A stretch of DNA of 64,000 nt from Ramazzottius varieornatus (taxonomy: Eukaryota > Animalia > Tardigrada), in the NCBI GenBank assembly GCA_001949185.1, contig BDGG01000001.1:6361591-6425590 (forward strand), written 5' to 3'. Every line of letters starts with the position of its first letter. Position 1 is the first letter of the stretch. Shown here one piece after another: positions 24,831 through 38,789 of this stretch. The notes beneath the pieces are model-generated. The model had not been told where the DNA came from. It saw nothing but the letters and a program-made list of their open reading frames with translations, and made no database searches. The translations under genes and the position numbers were made by a program.

Positions 24831-26677
24831 ATGGGGTTCGGTCATGCTTTGATTCCCAGCTTGGACGATCCGACAGGTAAGACAGTTAGCGAGGCCGCTA
24901 CTCTTTATTCCATGGCGTCTGCATCTTTTGGAGTTTTCTTTGTCGATTGTACAATATTCTGCATGGTTAATTTCGCCCGCTACTAATCAGCGTGTCACCT
25001 TCTGCCACGTTTATCGTATGCCTGGAGCTCGAGCTTACCTGTCTGCCGACACAGTTCGTTACCTTTTGTTGCCGTAGAGCATACTGTTTTTTGGTGTCAT
25101 CAACACACATCTCTGAGGTGATTCTTGTAGTATCGGAGCAAATAAGACTCAGTTTGATTTCCCTTGCAGTAAATTCCTGAAGGAGAACGAAACGCCCAGG
25201 AAAAGCCAGCTCGAGTGTTCTGTTGCTTATCATGGACCCTTTCGCAGTGTAACCCTCGGAAGGATGTCCTGAATTTTGGTCACCTGAATTTGTACGGTAT
25301 ACGCTGTGTGAGCCATCAGAATGGGCGACGGTAAGCCAAATTCGAGTTATTCGTGATATTCAGCTTGCGACGTCATCGTAGCAACGGGTATGCGCTGCCG
25401 ACTGTCGTTGTCTTGATGACGTCAGGCGCAGGGTTGGGTGATTGTTATGTTTCTTCCTTGTTCTTTCCAGCCAAAGTTCAAGCCCACGCAGGGCTGTATA
25501 AGATCGGCAGCCTGGCTACCCTGACCTTCCAGAACGTGGTGACCATCCTGCTGATCCGCTACACCAAAACCCTACCCGGAGAAGTCTTCATTTCCTCCAC
25601 AGTCGTGGTGCTGATGGAGGTCTTCAAGCTCTTCGCTTCCTTGTTCATGCTCCTCCTGCACCATCGTTCACTCTCCTTATGGTGGAAAGATATCCACGAA
25701 GAGATCATTAGGAAACCTGTCGAGACGCTCAAGACTGCAGTCCCCGCGTTCATCTACACGTTTCAGAATAACCTGACGTTCGTAGCCATTTCTAACCTGG
25801 ACGCCGCCACGTTTCAGGTAGACAGAAATTACTAATTTCCACGTTCCTCCGACCCTCCTCTTCGTTCTAGAACTTTCAAGGAAATTTGCTCTTTTGTAGG
25901 TGGTTTCTCAAATCAAAATCCTGACGACGGCCATCTTTTCCGTGGCAATGTTGAGAAGGCAGCTTGGCGGAATACAGTGGGCAGCTTTGTTGATCCTTTT
26001 CATTGGTAAGGGAACTCCTTTGAGCTCCGAAGAACATAATAATTCAGACTCTGTTTTTGCTTCCAGGTGTTGCGGTGGTTCAACTGGATCAGCAAAGTCC
26101 GCAAACGTCCCTGAAAGCCGTCCAGCACATCCAGAGTCCCTTCCTTGGGCTCTCTGCCATTCTGGTTTCTTCTCTAATGTCCGGTTTCGCCGGTGTGTAC
26201 TTTGAGAAGATTCTCAAAGGTTCCGAGTTGTCCCTCTGGCTACGGAACGTGCAGCTGAGCATGTATGCCATCCCCATGGGACTCCTGACCTGTTTTCTGG
26301 CTGATGGTGACACCGTACGGACTAAAGGGTTCCTCTTTGGTTACACACCTCTGGTATGGGCGGTGGTGTTCCTGCAGGGCTTCGGAGGCCTCGTAGTGGC
26401 CATGGTGGTCAAGTACGCTGACAATATCCTAAAGGGTTTCGCCACGTCTTTTGCCATTGTTTTCTCGGCTCTTGCCTCGGTGTACATTTTTGCATTTGAA
26501 ATTCACGGCTTGTTTGTGGCCGGCTCGGCTCTTGTTATTGTTTCTATTTTTATGTATGGTTATGTACCCAAGACGAAGGCTTCGACTGTTATGGTTAAGC
26601 GGGTGGAGAAACCGGCCGAGTTTACCAAGAATGAAAGCCAAGTGCCTTTGCTTGATGACGACGAATTGAAAGAATAA
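24831..26677 (+). CDS. SLC35A2: Nucleotide-sugar transporter, SLC35A family (UDP-galactose transporter-like)
   Basis: Motifs VPAFIYTFQNNL, SNLDAATFQV, QIKILTTAIFS, SGFAGVYFEKILK, VVKYADNILKGFATS. First exon tentative; SLC35A2 vs A3 not certain. Confidence 0.85.
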
Positions 26678-27503
26678 AAATCCGTCTCATATATGTACTT
26701 TTTGATTCTGATGATTATGTCCGTTGTTCCAGTTTCGTGGCCGAACTTGTCACGTGAAAACCTGACCGTGAAACGGAATTTCAAAAGATTGGCAAACAAA
26801 GCCCCCTCTCCTTTCGTCCGGCTGCATGCTCTAAATCACTCGCTGACCATGGTTGACGTGTTGGTGGGCTCTTGCAAAGCTCTCGCATGTTTAAGTTTCG
26901 ACAAAGTGTTAGTAACTTCCTTGTCGACAAGATTGCCTAACCTTTACAGCTGATAACGAGAAGGCGGAAGGAATGAGGATCATGAGATTTTATTATGATA
27001 TGTCAATGCCAAGTCGATCCCACCAGTAACAATGCAGCCATCTTTTTGCGTCGACTCAATTTTTTCTCAGTCACGCAGTGCAATGTTAGATCTTTTTCTT
27101 CGTCGTCAGGGAATTTTTTTGACGACTGCGTACTTTTCTTCAGTACCGACGAAACACAAAACTGATAAGACTAAACAACTGAAGGAACTCGTAAAAAAGA
27201 ACACAAGACAGACGAATATAGGATGCTAATGAGCGACTAAGAATACTAAGGAGTGACGATCAGCGACCAGATGAAACCACCACGCGAAAGAAGAAATTAT
27301 GAAACTACGGAGGCAGTCTACGTCAAGACGAACAAAATAGAAAAGTAGAAGAGGTAGAAAAGCAGCATTTTTTTGAGCCAGTCAACTCATTTCATACGAT
27401 ACCCGGAAGAAACACTAGAGATTAAAAACCGAAACTGCTCTTTCGGAGCATTGTTTGCTAGAATACTCGTTTCGTTTACGAGTTTGCTCTGTTTACAACA
27501 GAG

Positions 27504-30500
27504 CTATCGTCGTACATCGGATCTAATTTTGTAAATCATCAGTTCCATACAAGCCGCGGCGTCTTCGCGGCTGTCGTGTCCACTAGCGTCCTCCTGGATA
27601 ATCTTACTCAAATACTCCCGCATCAAATTCCTTAACGCTGGAATCACAAAACATTCAGCCATCATCACACCAAACACCACGGACAAGCGGACTAACAGTC
27701 ACATGACCAAAGCGAAATTCCACAAAATACCAAACGACAAATTTTCTTCCTCATTTTCAGTTTCAAATTCTTATATAACGTCCGAAAACATTTGTTAGAA
27801 TTTCAGTTTTCGATCATAAACATTCGAAACTTCTGACAAAATTTCGAGGGCTCGTACTTCGTTTCGTATGCCAAAAATATTGACTGTTTTTCCGAATCTG
27901 ATTTATCTTTCGATTCTATATTTTCAATTAAGAGTCTAAAATTTTCGATCGACAGACCGAAATTCCTGGCATTGCTTTTCCCTTCATTCCCCATACTAAC
28001 CTCGCTTGTACGGTGGACCTTGCCTATGAGGGAACACCACCGACGTATCGATGATGTTTCTGTGGATAAGCTTCATGGACAGCAGATCGGACTCAAGCGA
28101 GTGTCCCATCAGGATGGTTTCCTCGTTGATGATGCCGCCTACCAAATCCTTGTGGACTTCCTCGATGGTCTTGATGGTGTTCTTCGCGTTACCCTGCGTC
28201 TCCTTGCTGAACATCTCGATCTTCAGCCCACTGAAGCGCGTGTTGCAGTCGACGATGCGTTGCTTGGGTCGGACGAGCGTCTCGTAGATGCAGTGGAGAT
28301 GCCGATCAACGATGGTTACTCGCGCCAGCTCCATTCCACCCACCGTGTAAATCATCTCGCAGTCAATGGCGTAGATCTTCAAAATAAAAGTCAAGATACC
28401 AAAAAGATAACACATGGAAGGCTGACAGACTATATCGACGCGCTTCACGCCAACCTGCATATTCAAACACCATTGAGAATTACAGCGCTTCGTGCATGTA
28501 GGTACCTGAAGCCCGACTTGATGCGCCTACAAGCGACATGCATAATGCGCAATCACCTCAAGCACCTGAATACTTTTACACAACCACTCAAAACGCACAG
28601 TTTGTAGGTAGGTGCACGAAACATGCGCATATGTCCTTTTTCAGTCTTCCACGTCCAAAAAAACAAAACAAAATTCTTATTGGGATTGAGCGTACCTTGC
28701 AACGGTCTTCAGGTTTCTTCGGCTTGACTCCCGCCGTCGCGACGAAGCCTGACAAAGAAGGAATCGTGTCGGCCACATGGCATTTGGCCACACAGCAGCC
28801 TCGCGAAGACGAGTCGTCCGAGCAGCAGTTGCGTCGTGCAGTCACACCTTCACCGGCAATCCTCCGCGAGAAGGCCTTGCCCCAGTGGTACAAGCATTCT
28901 TCTTCCCGAGCATAGTTACCTTCAAAGTCCACGGTGAATTCTCGGCCACAGCGACAACACGAGCGCTTGGTCTGTGTGATGCGGTCAGGCGTAATCTTGC
29001 CTGACATGGCGATGTAGAGCTGCAGTCCATCGCGACTGTTCTCGCCATCTACGAAGAACATGTAGAAGAACGTTGCCAAACTGGTAAGTTATCATCACTA
29101 ACGCGGAAAAGCTCGACAGGATTTATTCCTAGGTGGAGCACATTTTCAACCATAAACATTGGAAGCGTGCGCCATTTGCCAAAATTATCAAGCTTGTTTT
29201 TTCCAAGTGGTGCGTGCTTCCCGCCAGTAACACTGCTAACGCGCGTCGCTTAGGGTAACAATTTTGTCCAGTTTGCTTGTCGAGCTAAAACGAAGCTGAA
29301 TCTCGGATATTTTACCTTGTTTTTTGGACTGGATCAATGGGTAGCCGTTGATGACCAAATCATCCTCCGTCAAGACGTGTTTCTTCATGGCAACGTAGAA
29401 GTCTTGGTCGCTCATGTAGTGCGGATCAGCGCTGGCGGCTCGTTGAGGCGGCTTGACTGGTAACGCCGAGAAATTTTGCTTCTGTTGCTGCGGACTGACT
29501 CCAGCTTTCGGGAACACGAGAGCTGGTTTCTGTTCTTGCTTGTTTGGTGTAGCAGATGGAGGTACCGAAGGGGAGGAAGTGACATCGGAAGGGATGAGAG
29601 CAGAGTAGGGACTGACTTTCCCGTCGACGGCATTCTTCAACTTCACTAATTCCCCAGTCACCTAAAAACAGAAATACCAAACTATAGTAGCCGAAATTTA
29701 TTCAACACTGATCGAGGCAACGATCTAGCAAGACCAAAACTGGCTAAGATGAAACGAGATGTTGGCAGATGGATCGAATCACATTGCTGTCGCAGGTCGC
29801 GCACGTTTGAATTCTTATCGGCTGAGAGCGTGCGCCACTTGGAAAAACGATCTGACTATAAGCGGAATTTTTTGGGGCTTACTTTGTTCCGGTACGTTTG
29901 AATATGGAAAGATATCTTGGCGATGTCGGCTTCCAGCTGGACCGAGCGTTGAGCAGCCTCAGTAGGGTTGCGGGTGATCTGGACGAAGTGTTCGAGGAAT
30001 CGTTCGAGAACTTGTTGTCGAAACGCCGTACTGATCTTGCAGGAAGGGACGAGGGCGATGCGCGGAAGTGCTTGGCTGGCTCCGTTGGCTTTCGGTTGGT
30101 GCGCCATGCGTTTAGCACCTTTGTCGACGGTCTCCGCTGTGCTGGCAATGGCTGCTGCCGATACAGATGCCCCTAAGAAAGGCACGCAACGTAAAGGCAA
30201 AGTTTAAGAGATTTACAAGCAGATGGTAATTTACCCGTTGCGTTTAGGGATGAAGAAGCGGAGGCTGTTTTCTTCTTCTGTTCTTCTAGAGCGGCCTTTC
30301 TCCGCGTCTCCAATTGTTCCTGAGGTGTCGCGATCTTTTTCCTTTGTACCAAGTTGGGTCGGTTGTTGACCGGGGTGGAAGAAGGCCGTGAAAGCGGCAC
30401 GGCAGTCGCGGCGGAAGTCTTGGCTTGAAGGACTTCCAGGAGCTTCTGATCGTCCTTCGGGAATCCTCTCGGCTTTGCCGGCCTACAGTCAAACACCAGC

Positions 30501-31814
30501 TTAATCACCAGAACACACGTAAGACTATTTTAGGTCAAGGGGACACACATTTCAACCGGGAGTTCGACGATGTCATCGTCATCTTCGTCGTCGTCTTCCC
30601 CAAACAGATGTTTCATGACTTCCGCTTCGTCGATATCTGCCTTTTTCTTCGGTTTCACATCCTTCACCGGCTTCTTTTCAGCTTCTACTGGGCTTTCCGC
30701 AGGTGCTCGACCAGCAAAGCGGGCGCGTTTCGTGACAGGCGAGCTTCCAACTGCTTGTTCCGGCAGACCAAATTTCCGCTTCGGTTGATTGACGCTTGCT
30801 TGCATTCCTTGACTGAGTCCATTCATGCCAGGTCTTCTTTGCGTATGCGGAAATGAAGTGGCTTTGCTCACTCCGGTTGAAGCTATGCTCTTCCGACCGA
30901 GCGGAACTGGAACGTCGTTATTTAGGAGATTGTTTTGGAGGTTTGTAGAAGGAGTAGTATTGGGAGAAGGGGAATACGACGGAAGTGATGAAGAGGTAGG
31001 TTCAGAAGGAGTTTCGACAGGCTGAATACCCGTACTTGTGAACGGTACCCTCCAGTTACTCACAGGATCATACTCCATGTCGTTTGATATCGAGGAAGAG
31101 GAGAGCTCCTCGAGGTAGCTTGAGTAGGGGTTGTGGTCGGCAGACGTCAGGGGCGCATTGGAATAACTGGGCTTTTCTCCGTTCTCGCCTTCGAGAAATT
31201 TCGCAATTATTTCGCATTAAATTACCAAAAGATTTGCAAAATTTCGAAGTGATTAAGAACAGAAGCTTTCAATGCAGCGGACACCAAGCTAAGCCTTTAA
31301 AGCAGATGAAGACTTACCAGGAGTAGAATATCGACCAAGAAGTCCATTTTGCTCGATTGCTCTAATCGAATCTTCCAAGTTGGGAAACAAGGGTAAACTT
31401 CCCCCACTGGGAATTAGATCCACCTCTGAGATACCCTCTGGAACCGGTGATGACGAGCTGCTTTCTGTCCTCTCACCGAGTTCAACTTCGTGGTGACCGG
31501 ATATGGAATGGTTCTGAGAGATATCGTGGGAAGGAAAGGTCGGTATGATCTCTTCTTTTGACCTTTCTGCTATCGGAAAATTCGGCGTCGTGTCAGCGAC
31601 TTCCTCCTCGAAAGTTTCGTCTGCGTGATTGTACCTGGAACATTTGAGCAGGTGTAAACAATATTCTGAGCCAGCTGGGAATATTTGAAGGCACTTACTT
31701 GCAGTGAGGTCGTCCACAGCCGATCGTGCCAGATGGTGCGCTACCCGAGCTTCGGGAAGGGTTCTTCCCGTACGGACATGACAGCTGACTGAAGAGACCA
31801 GCTCCGCTAAACAT
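27504..31814 (-). CDS. REXO1: RNA exonuclease 1 homolog (N-terminal Zn finger, EloA-BP1 region, DEDDh exonuclease), multi-exon
   Basis: MFSGAGLFSQLSCPY...CGRPHC, MEYDP, CCRCG...CLYHWGK, YAIDCEM, GHSLESDL, GHDSREDAAACMEL. Confidence 0.92.
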
Positions 31815-33265
31815 CTTCCTCGGTGAAAGAGGATTGAAAGGATAGCTGAAGGAGGAAGGGGACTTTTTCTGATGGCCGATCAGCTGATTGCTCCGGGATC
31901 TTTCTTGGATGGAAGTCAAACAGGATGAAACGCTTGTTGGTGTCTCTGCTTCAACGATGTCAGCGGCTAGATGGACGAACGTTTCATGAAGAATAAAATG
32001 TTAAGACTAAAATGTAAAAGAACAAAATGTACGGGAGTAGAAAATGGACCCCAAGAATGAAGGAGAAGGAATGGCTGAAAGGGCCTTCCGAAATTTTGAT
32101 CCGTGTTGATAAACCATTTGACGGGCGATAAGAAACCTGATGATGACGTATAGGAGTATCGATCTTCAGCATCGGGCAAAGTTACGTCAGTATGTTCGCC
32201 TCTGTGGAGTGTGGACACCAGAGAGAAATTCCAATCACGAAATTTTGGCATGACTGACATGAACAGCGGTGGACAGATGATTTTCTCAGCGAATTACTGA
32301 AACCACGGAACGGCGCGACGTCACGGAGTACAGCCTAACTCAGGAAGGGCAATCAGTCAATCAATATTTTTCATATGAGAGATATCGGTCCGAATGTCTT
32401 TCGAACACCAGGTCTCCAGTTCGGCAGAGGTAGAATCTGCGCACTGACGACAAAATTGGCCGTTGTAATAGTTCATGGCAGGTCATACGTGATAGCTGAG
32501 AAAATCATCCGTCCACCGCTGGCCATGAAGTGCATGATGCCCATGAAAAGTCAGAGCCCATTCTTATCACCCACGTCATTGAATGGGTCAGTCCGAAAGT
32601 ACCGGTTCGTACCGGAACCATGCAGTCCACACTGTCGAACCACTTACCGGTAACCTCTGAATCAGTCTTAAATTCGAGAATTTATAGAATCTATTTCAGC
32701 AAGCAGCAACAGAACACGGAAAAAATAGCTCAAGATATTGTGCTAGTTCACCGAAAACTTGTGGTCTCCTGTGAAACATCAAAACCGAAGGACTCAAAAT
32801 GGAAATAGCGATAATTCAAAACTCGGCGCAAGGGCACAGGCAGCCTGTCATTAGCAACGCGCCTCTTCAGTTGGTGAACGCGGATCCGCCAGTGCGCAAG
32901 GTTAACCGTTAACCTGTACTACTGGTACCGTAACGTACGTGTCGCACTGTACCCCCAAATTTGTTTCTGAAATTTGATAACTTTGATTGCTATGTCTTTC
33001 CACAACAAAACCGATCGTCCGTTGTATTCTCAGACACTTGAGATATCTGGATCACATCAGTCTAGTGTCTGCAGCTTAAACCGGGAGGAAACAGTGTCTC
33101 CAAGGAGCCTCATCATCGGTCAGCGGGAAGTTTCGGAAGCAGTGGCGTTGTGGAGCGAATGCAGTTCATTCCAGTTGGTAATTCCATACTTCAAAGTTAT
33201 CGTTGATTGATTGCCTGCTGTCGGCCAAATATTTACAGATTCGTCTTTTGTCTAGATTGTCCCAG

Positions 33266-36200
33266 ATGGCAAAGAGCCCTGTTACGCCACTAAACAACAA
33301 AACTACTACAAAGAAACGTAAAACTCCTCCGCAGACTTCACTGCCGACGCCTAAGCGGCTGAACTTCACTCCCACATCGCCCGAGCCTGCTGTACGACCA
33401 GGACCATCAGAAACGCCCACGACGGTTGGCCGTCGAAGAAGTTCAAAACCTGCAACATACAACTCATCTCTGTCCGTCCAGGACGTGCTTAATACAAGCA
33501 GAAGAAGATATGTCTCGAAGATCCCTCCACCGAAGGACTGGAAAACACCGTTACCAAAATATGCAGAGGGAGACGATGACCCACCTGATCGGGACTATGA
33601 TGGCGAAGAATATGAGCACCTGGAAATTATATATTACGATCAAGTGCGAGCTAGGCTGGCCGAGGAGGAGAACCGAGAGCTCAACTCTGGAACGCAGGAT
33701 CGAACTCGCTCGAAAATGCTTTCACAGATAAAGTGTAAGCAAAGGGAAGAAATTTTCACGATGACTAAGTACAGTGCGAGGTACCATTTACCCGTTAAAA
33801 CACTTCAGAAACGGTTGTGGTGGTTCCTCTGTCAAGTGGCGCGTTATAGCACGTGACTCAACTGTAATATCGTGGATCAGGTGGTTTAGCCCGCCAGCCG
33901 TTGAAATAGATATCGTAAGCTTTCGCTTTGTGTCCGTTCCGCCTGTAAACGACACGGTAGAGATGGGATAAGTGTGATTTACCGAAATTTACCGAAACTA
34001 ATTCGAACTTATCGATTTGGTATGAGAAATTACCGAAACCGGAATTATCGGTGTGAGTCTCACACCGAAAACCGATTCCGGTTTGCGTTCGCACCAAACC
34101 GATACCAAATCGAAATTTTTCGGTAAATTGAAACATACCGAAAGGCCCAGAAAGATGAGAGTTTGACCGATTTCTGAGCGATCCCGAGTGTATTTCTGCT
34201 AGCTTGATAGACAGCCATCCGGTGGAGGAAAACCTCTCAACATCTCAAGACACGCCAGGCGTTGTACGTTTGCGGCTCGCCCCGTTTTGCGCCAGTTTCA
34301 ACTGGTTTTTCCCGTTAATAAGAGAAGCTTTATATTTTTCGGTTTGCCGATTTTGCGGTTTGATTTGGGGTGATGAGTCGAAATTTCGGTGCGGCAATTT
34401 ACCAAATCAAAAATATCAGTTTGGACTTCATACTGAAGTTTCGATTCGGTGTGATAGTTTACCAAATCGGAAAATACCATACTGTACCGAACTTAATCAC
34501 ACTTATCCCATCTTTACGACACGGCCTTCACTGGGTTTGGTTTCGCTGCTGCACGGCCTTAACTTTGGCACGTCCTGACTCTGGCACAGCCTTGGATTGC
34601 GCCAAGACGTGGAAGTCTTCTTGTCAAAGCGGGAGTCGAAGTTTCTGATGGATGGGACTCTTTTGCAGGGTTAAGAGGAACATGGAATCTTTACAATGTT
34701 GCTCCGCTCTTTCGGTTTGTCTACGCACCAGAAGAGCGCGGTCCGGATGGAAAAGAACACGACATGGCATGGTGCCTTCGCAGACAAGTAACAGCACTTG
34801 TCGAGACGCTCAGAACGGTATCAAAGATTCTCTACTAACATGGTAAAAGATCTGATTTCTCCTTTTACAGAATACTGTATTCAAGCAGTACAGGCGAACC
34901 AGAGTGCAAGTGAAGCCATTTTTGGGTTTCGCAGCAGTGAAGAGTTACTTCGACGAACCAGCGTACTCGTTCCAAGTCTATGGAAAGAAATCAGGTACGG
35001 GATTGTCTACGAAGCTCGCACATTACTTTTCGAATTTCTTTATTTGGGGCCTCAGTAGCTGAATTTAGCCATTTTGTTTTTCCTGAGTGGCGCAGGCGCA
35101 TAGCTATTGATAATGAGAATGTGCGCTACTTGAGATGACGAACTGGATGCGATCATTTGCCGACATCCCATTTATAGTAAGGCTCTGAGTGGATCAGTTG
35201 TTTTCTGGTAGAGGAAGATGGATGGCGCGAACTGTGCGTGATAATATTCGGATCTCTGGGGACTCACCAGCTGGAAGCACTGTGGGATATCAAAGGCGAG
35301 CAGTTCGCCTACTACCCATTCGTCCTGGCCCGCGGTGACGACCCAGTCCTCCAAGAAGTCTTTCAATACCTCTCTGAAAGGCATGGCTACAAGATAGGGA
35401 ATAAGCACGGGTTCAGGAAACCGCAGTTCTCTTCAGCGGATATGTGGAGGATATTAACGTGTGGCGTCTTCTTCATACGTAAGTGGGAAATAGAAAAGCT
35501 TCTTTTCTCGACAGCCAAATGTAGAACTCCTTTTCAGAAAGGCTTCGGAAATCCCAGGTTATCAGGCTAACCGTGACTCATCAAAAGAATTCCCCGGAAG
35601 TCGACTGGGACTTCGACCTTGTGGAAATCGTCCAGCAAATAAGAAAAAGGTAAGAAAGAAACATATCGTAAGAAAATGGTTTTTTTCCGGTCAACAGTTT
35701 GTTTTGGCCTTCTGAAAGGCGGTCAGAGCTGTCTGACAAGGCGGATTTCAAGCACTATATGACAGCTCGTCAGGTTGGCTTGGTAAGGGAAGCCGTGAAG
35801 AGAGCTTACAAGGAGCAGTTCAACAGGGAATGGGACAAGAAGAAGACTTTCCTACGGAAAGTTCAGCTCGACTGTCTCTTCGTCACAAGTGATGGTCTTT
35901 TAAAGGTAAAGTAGTTTTGTACGAGTACAGAGTTGTCTTTTACATTCCTTCATAATTATACGTACTCTTCGCAGACTGAGTTCCGAGCTCGGCAAGCGAA
36001 CTCGACAGAACTGTTTTTTCAAGTGGCGCACGCTGTCGTCAGTAATACAGAAACTGCGCGCCACTTGCAAAGCAGTCGAATGCAACAAGATTGTTTTCCC
36101 AAGTGGCACAGCTTTTCGTCGCAACTGATGGGGACGTGCGCCAGTTAGAAAAACCTTCTTGTTCGGCTTTGCTTGCCTAGGTTGTGATTCGTCTGACTGA

Positions 36201-36457
36201 ATTTGGAACCAGTAGAAAGAAACTTGCAGTTCTTCTAGACGAATGAGCACAAAGAAGCCATCGCGTTTCTGTACTACATCAGTCGCTTCCAAACACGGAC
36301 GTACATCCATCCCATACATGGAATCCGCTTTGACGCTATTAATCCGGAAATCGAGGACTACCTGGACGATGAACCGGATGTGGAGAACGTGGGTGCATCC
36401 GCCAGCAGACTCAACTCCCTCTTTGAACAAGATACAACCTATGTAGCCGATGTATGA
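33266..36457 (+). CDS. CENPL: Divergent centromere protein L (CENP-L)-like gene, 8 exons
   Basis: Manual splicing gives a continuous ORF with blocks collinear to vertebrate CENP-L as I recall it: GTWNLYNVAPLFRFVY, FAYYPFVLARGDDPVLQEVFQYL, VREAVKRAYKEQF...FLRKVQLDCLFVTSDGLLK, AIAFLYYI. Low identity; not searched. Confidence 0.62.
33958..34516. mobile_element. hAT-type MITE, copy 2, intronic in the CENP-L-like gene
   Basis: Same TIR as 2512-3044. Perfect 8-bp TSD cgacacgg (33950-57, 34517-24). Lies inside intron 33915-34590. Confidence 0.93.
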
Positions 36458-37440
36458 GCTGCAGACTTATTTTCCCTGTATTATTGTTATTGTTTCCTGG
36501 CTTCTTCTGGGTTTGAACTTTTTTCTTCTTGTGGCTCCACAATATTACCCTTGCTTTTAATTCTTCCAGTCTTGACAGTAACATATTCCTTGTTCTCCTG
36601 CGGACTCTGGTTGGGCTCCTGGTTCATTCAACACCGTGAGTTCAGACTGCAGTGACGAGTTTGCTCAGGCTGTAAAGTAGGCTGGGAGTATTGTTTTGCA
36701 CCGCTTTGTTGAACTCATTCCATCAATAAAACATGAATACTCGAGAAAATCAACAAGAAAAGACATGTAAGTAAGCTTGCCTGTGTCTACCGGAGTAATT
36801 TTGAGAGATCGGTAACAATTTCGGCCTGAACGCCATCTCAAGGGACACGCCTTTCCAGCCGATAACGACAGCGCGCGCCACTTGAAAAACGAAATTGTTT
36901 GCCGGCCTTTCATTTAATGCGGTGATGTTTGAATTCGAGAAGCGACGACAGCAGGAGAAAAATCAGGGACATGTATTTACAGATGAAATTATTCATTTTT
37001 CCGCATTATTATCTGCGGCAGAATTTGGAGAGGGTTTGGTGGAGGGTCTGGCTCGCCGTAAATACTGCAGCTTCTGACTAAAGGCCTTCGTGTAACGGGG
37101 TAACAGGTCAACGAAGGGTACTTCCCTGACAGTACTCCTGGATCGTTGCGGTTAACCCACGCTGAAAAACATAGTGAAATTAGATGCAGCAAAACGGACA
37201 ATGTAATAACGGTTGCGAAAGAAGTTCGTACCGGCAATATCTTTAGTGAGTATTCGTCCGGCGCTTACGATCTCGATTTCGATGCAATCGCAATAGAAAC
37301 CGCACCGCCTTCGCATCGTAAACTGCTCTGTGTATTCGGTCGAAGCAAAATGACGTCAGGACGATCAATGTTCACTTCGCTTCCGTCCAATTTCATTCCC
37401 GATTTCTTTCCTACCGTTTTCATTTGTGTTCCTTTTCAAG

Positions 37441-38596
37441 ATGGAGCTTCGCAATTTCTATGCTCTCCCTTTCGATAAACACGTCTCATACAAGCAGTTC
37501 ATCGTCCCGCGACGGCGTATACGCAAAAGCAAAGCCTTGGAGGAAGACGCTTGGAAGGAAGAAGCCTTCGACTTGGATCGCCACAGCGAGAAAGAATGTC
37601 GATTCTACTTTCGGTTCAAACGGGAACATCTGGATCAGCTGCTAAATGTATTACGATTTCCCAAAATCGTAAAAACATCTAGTAAAGACTCAGTTTCATG
37701 AATCGAAGCCTTGTGTACTGTTCTGCGAAGACTGACTTATCCAAACCGATGGATGGAGCTACGGAAGATGTTCGGTCGTTCCCAAGGATGTCTTAATCGG
37801 CTGTTCTACACCACTCTACGGATCATCGACAAGTCTTCTTCTGTGTTACGAACGTGGGACCATGAGTGGCTGAAGGAAGACAACTTCGAACAATTTGCTT
37901 CTTCCATTGCAAAGAAAGGTGAGCCAGGAGTAGTGCCAGATGTGTTTGGTTTCATCGATGGAACAGCCAGGCCTGTTTGCCGGCCGAAACTCTTCCAGCG
38001 ACATATGTTCAGCGGGCAAAAAACAAATTCACTGCACGAAATGACATTCAGTTAAGATTCCCAATGGTAAGCGTATACGCATTTATTCAAATGAGAGAAA
38101 ACCATCGACCGGAAGTGGTGTTCACTTTCTGTGTTTGCAGGATTGATCACGAATTTTTACGGTGGCCAAAGGGGCTCCATGCATGACAGTCGCCCGCTGA
38201 ACGAAAGCAGGATCCTGCATGATCTACGGGAAAAGCAAAATGGGTTCCTACAAAGGTATGTCTTGTATGGTGACAGCGGATACTCGAAGAAGAATGAAGT
38301 CCTGCACAAGCCGTTTTCCGAGTCGAAATTAGGAACTCACGCGCCAAGGAAGAACAGAGCACGCTGATGTCGACACTTCGACAGGCTGTCGAATGAAACT
38401 TCAAAGAAGTTGTCAAGAACTTTGGTTTTGTCGGCTTTCGAAACAAATGAAGATGTACGAAAAGCCAGTGAATACCCTCTACCGTGTTGCTGTTCTAGTT
38501 GCTAACTGCCATGACTGCTTGTACCCAAACCAAACAAATGCATATTTTGATTTAGAGCCTCCGACTTTGCTTAAGTACTTGTCGAGCTTACCGTGA
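37441..38596 (+). pseudogene. Degenerate PIF/Harbinger (HARBI1-like, DDE_Tnp_4) transposase
   Basis: Motifs LRRLTYPNRW, FGFIDGT, GSMHDS, LYGDSGY, VE*NF. Several stops and frameshifts. Confidence 0.9.
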
Positions 38597-38789
38597 GGAA
38601 GTCTGTTACTAGCAGTTCAAATCACGTATTCATATTCAAGAGCAAGTTCAAATCACGTATTCGCCAGCTATGTTTGCATTGAGAAAGTAAACTTGACCAT
38701 CGGAGAGCACTGGACGATCAGCACCAAAGCGTAGTCGCTTAATCAAGGACAATTAGAAATCGAACGGAGGGTATAACTTCTTAGATTCC

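Noticed and set aside
33958-34516. MITE disrupting the CENP-L-like coding sequence
   Set aside because: A gtaagc donor at 33915 and a cacag acceptor at 34590 place it in an intron with the frame preserved.
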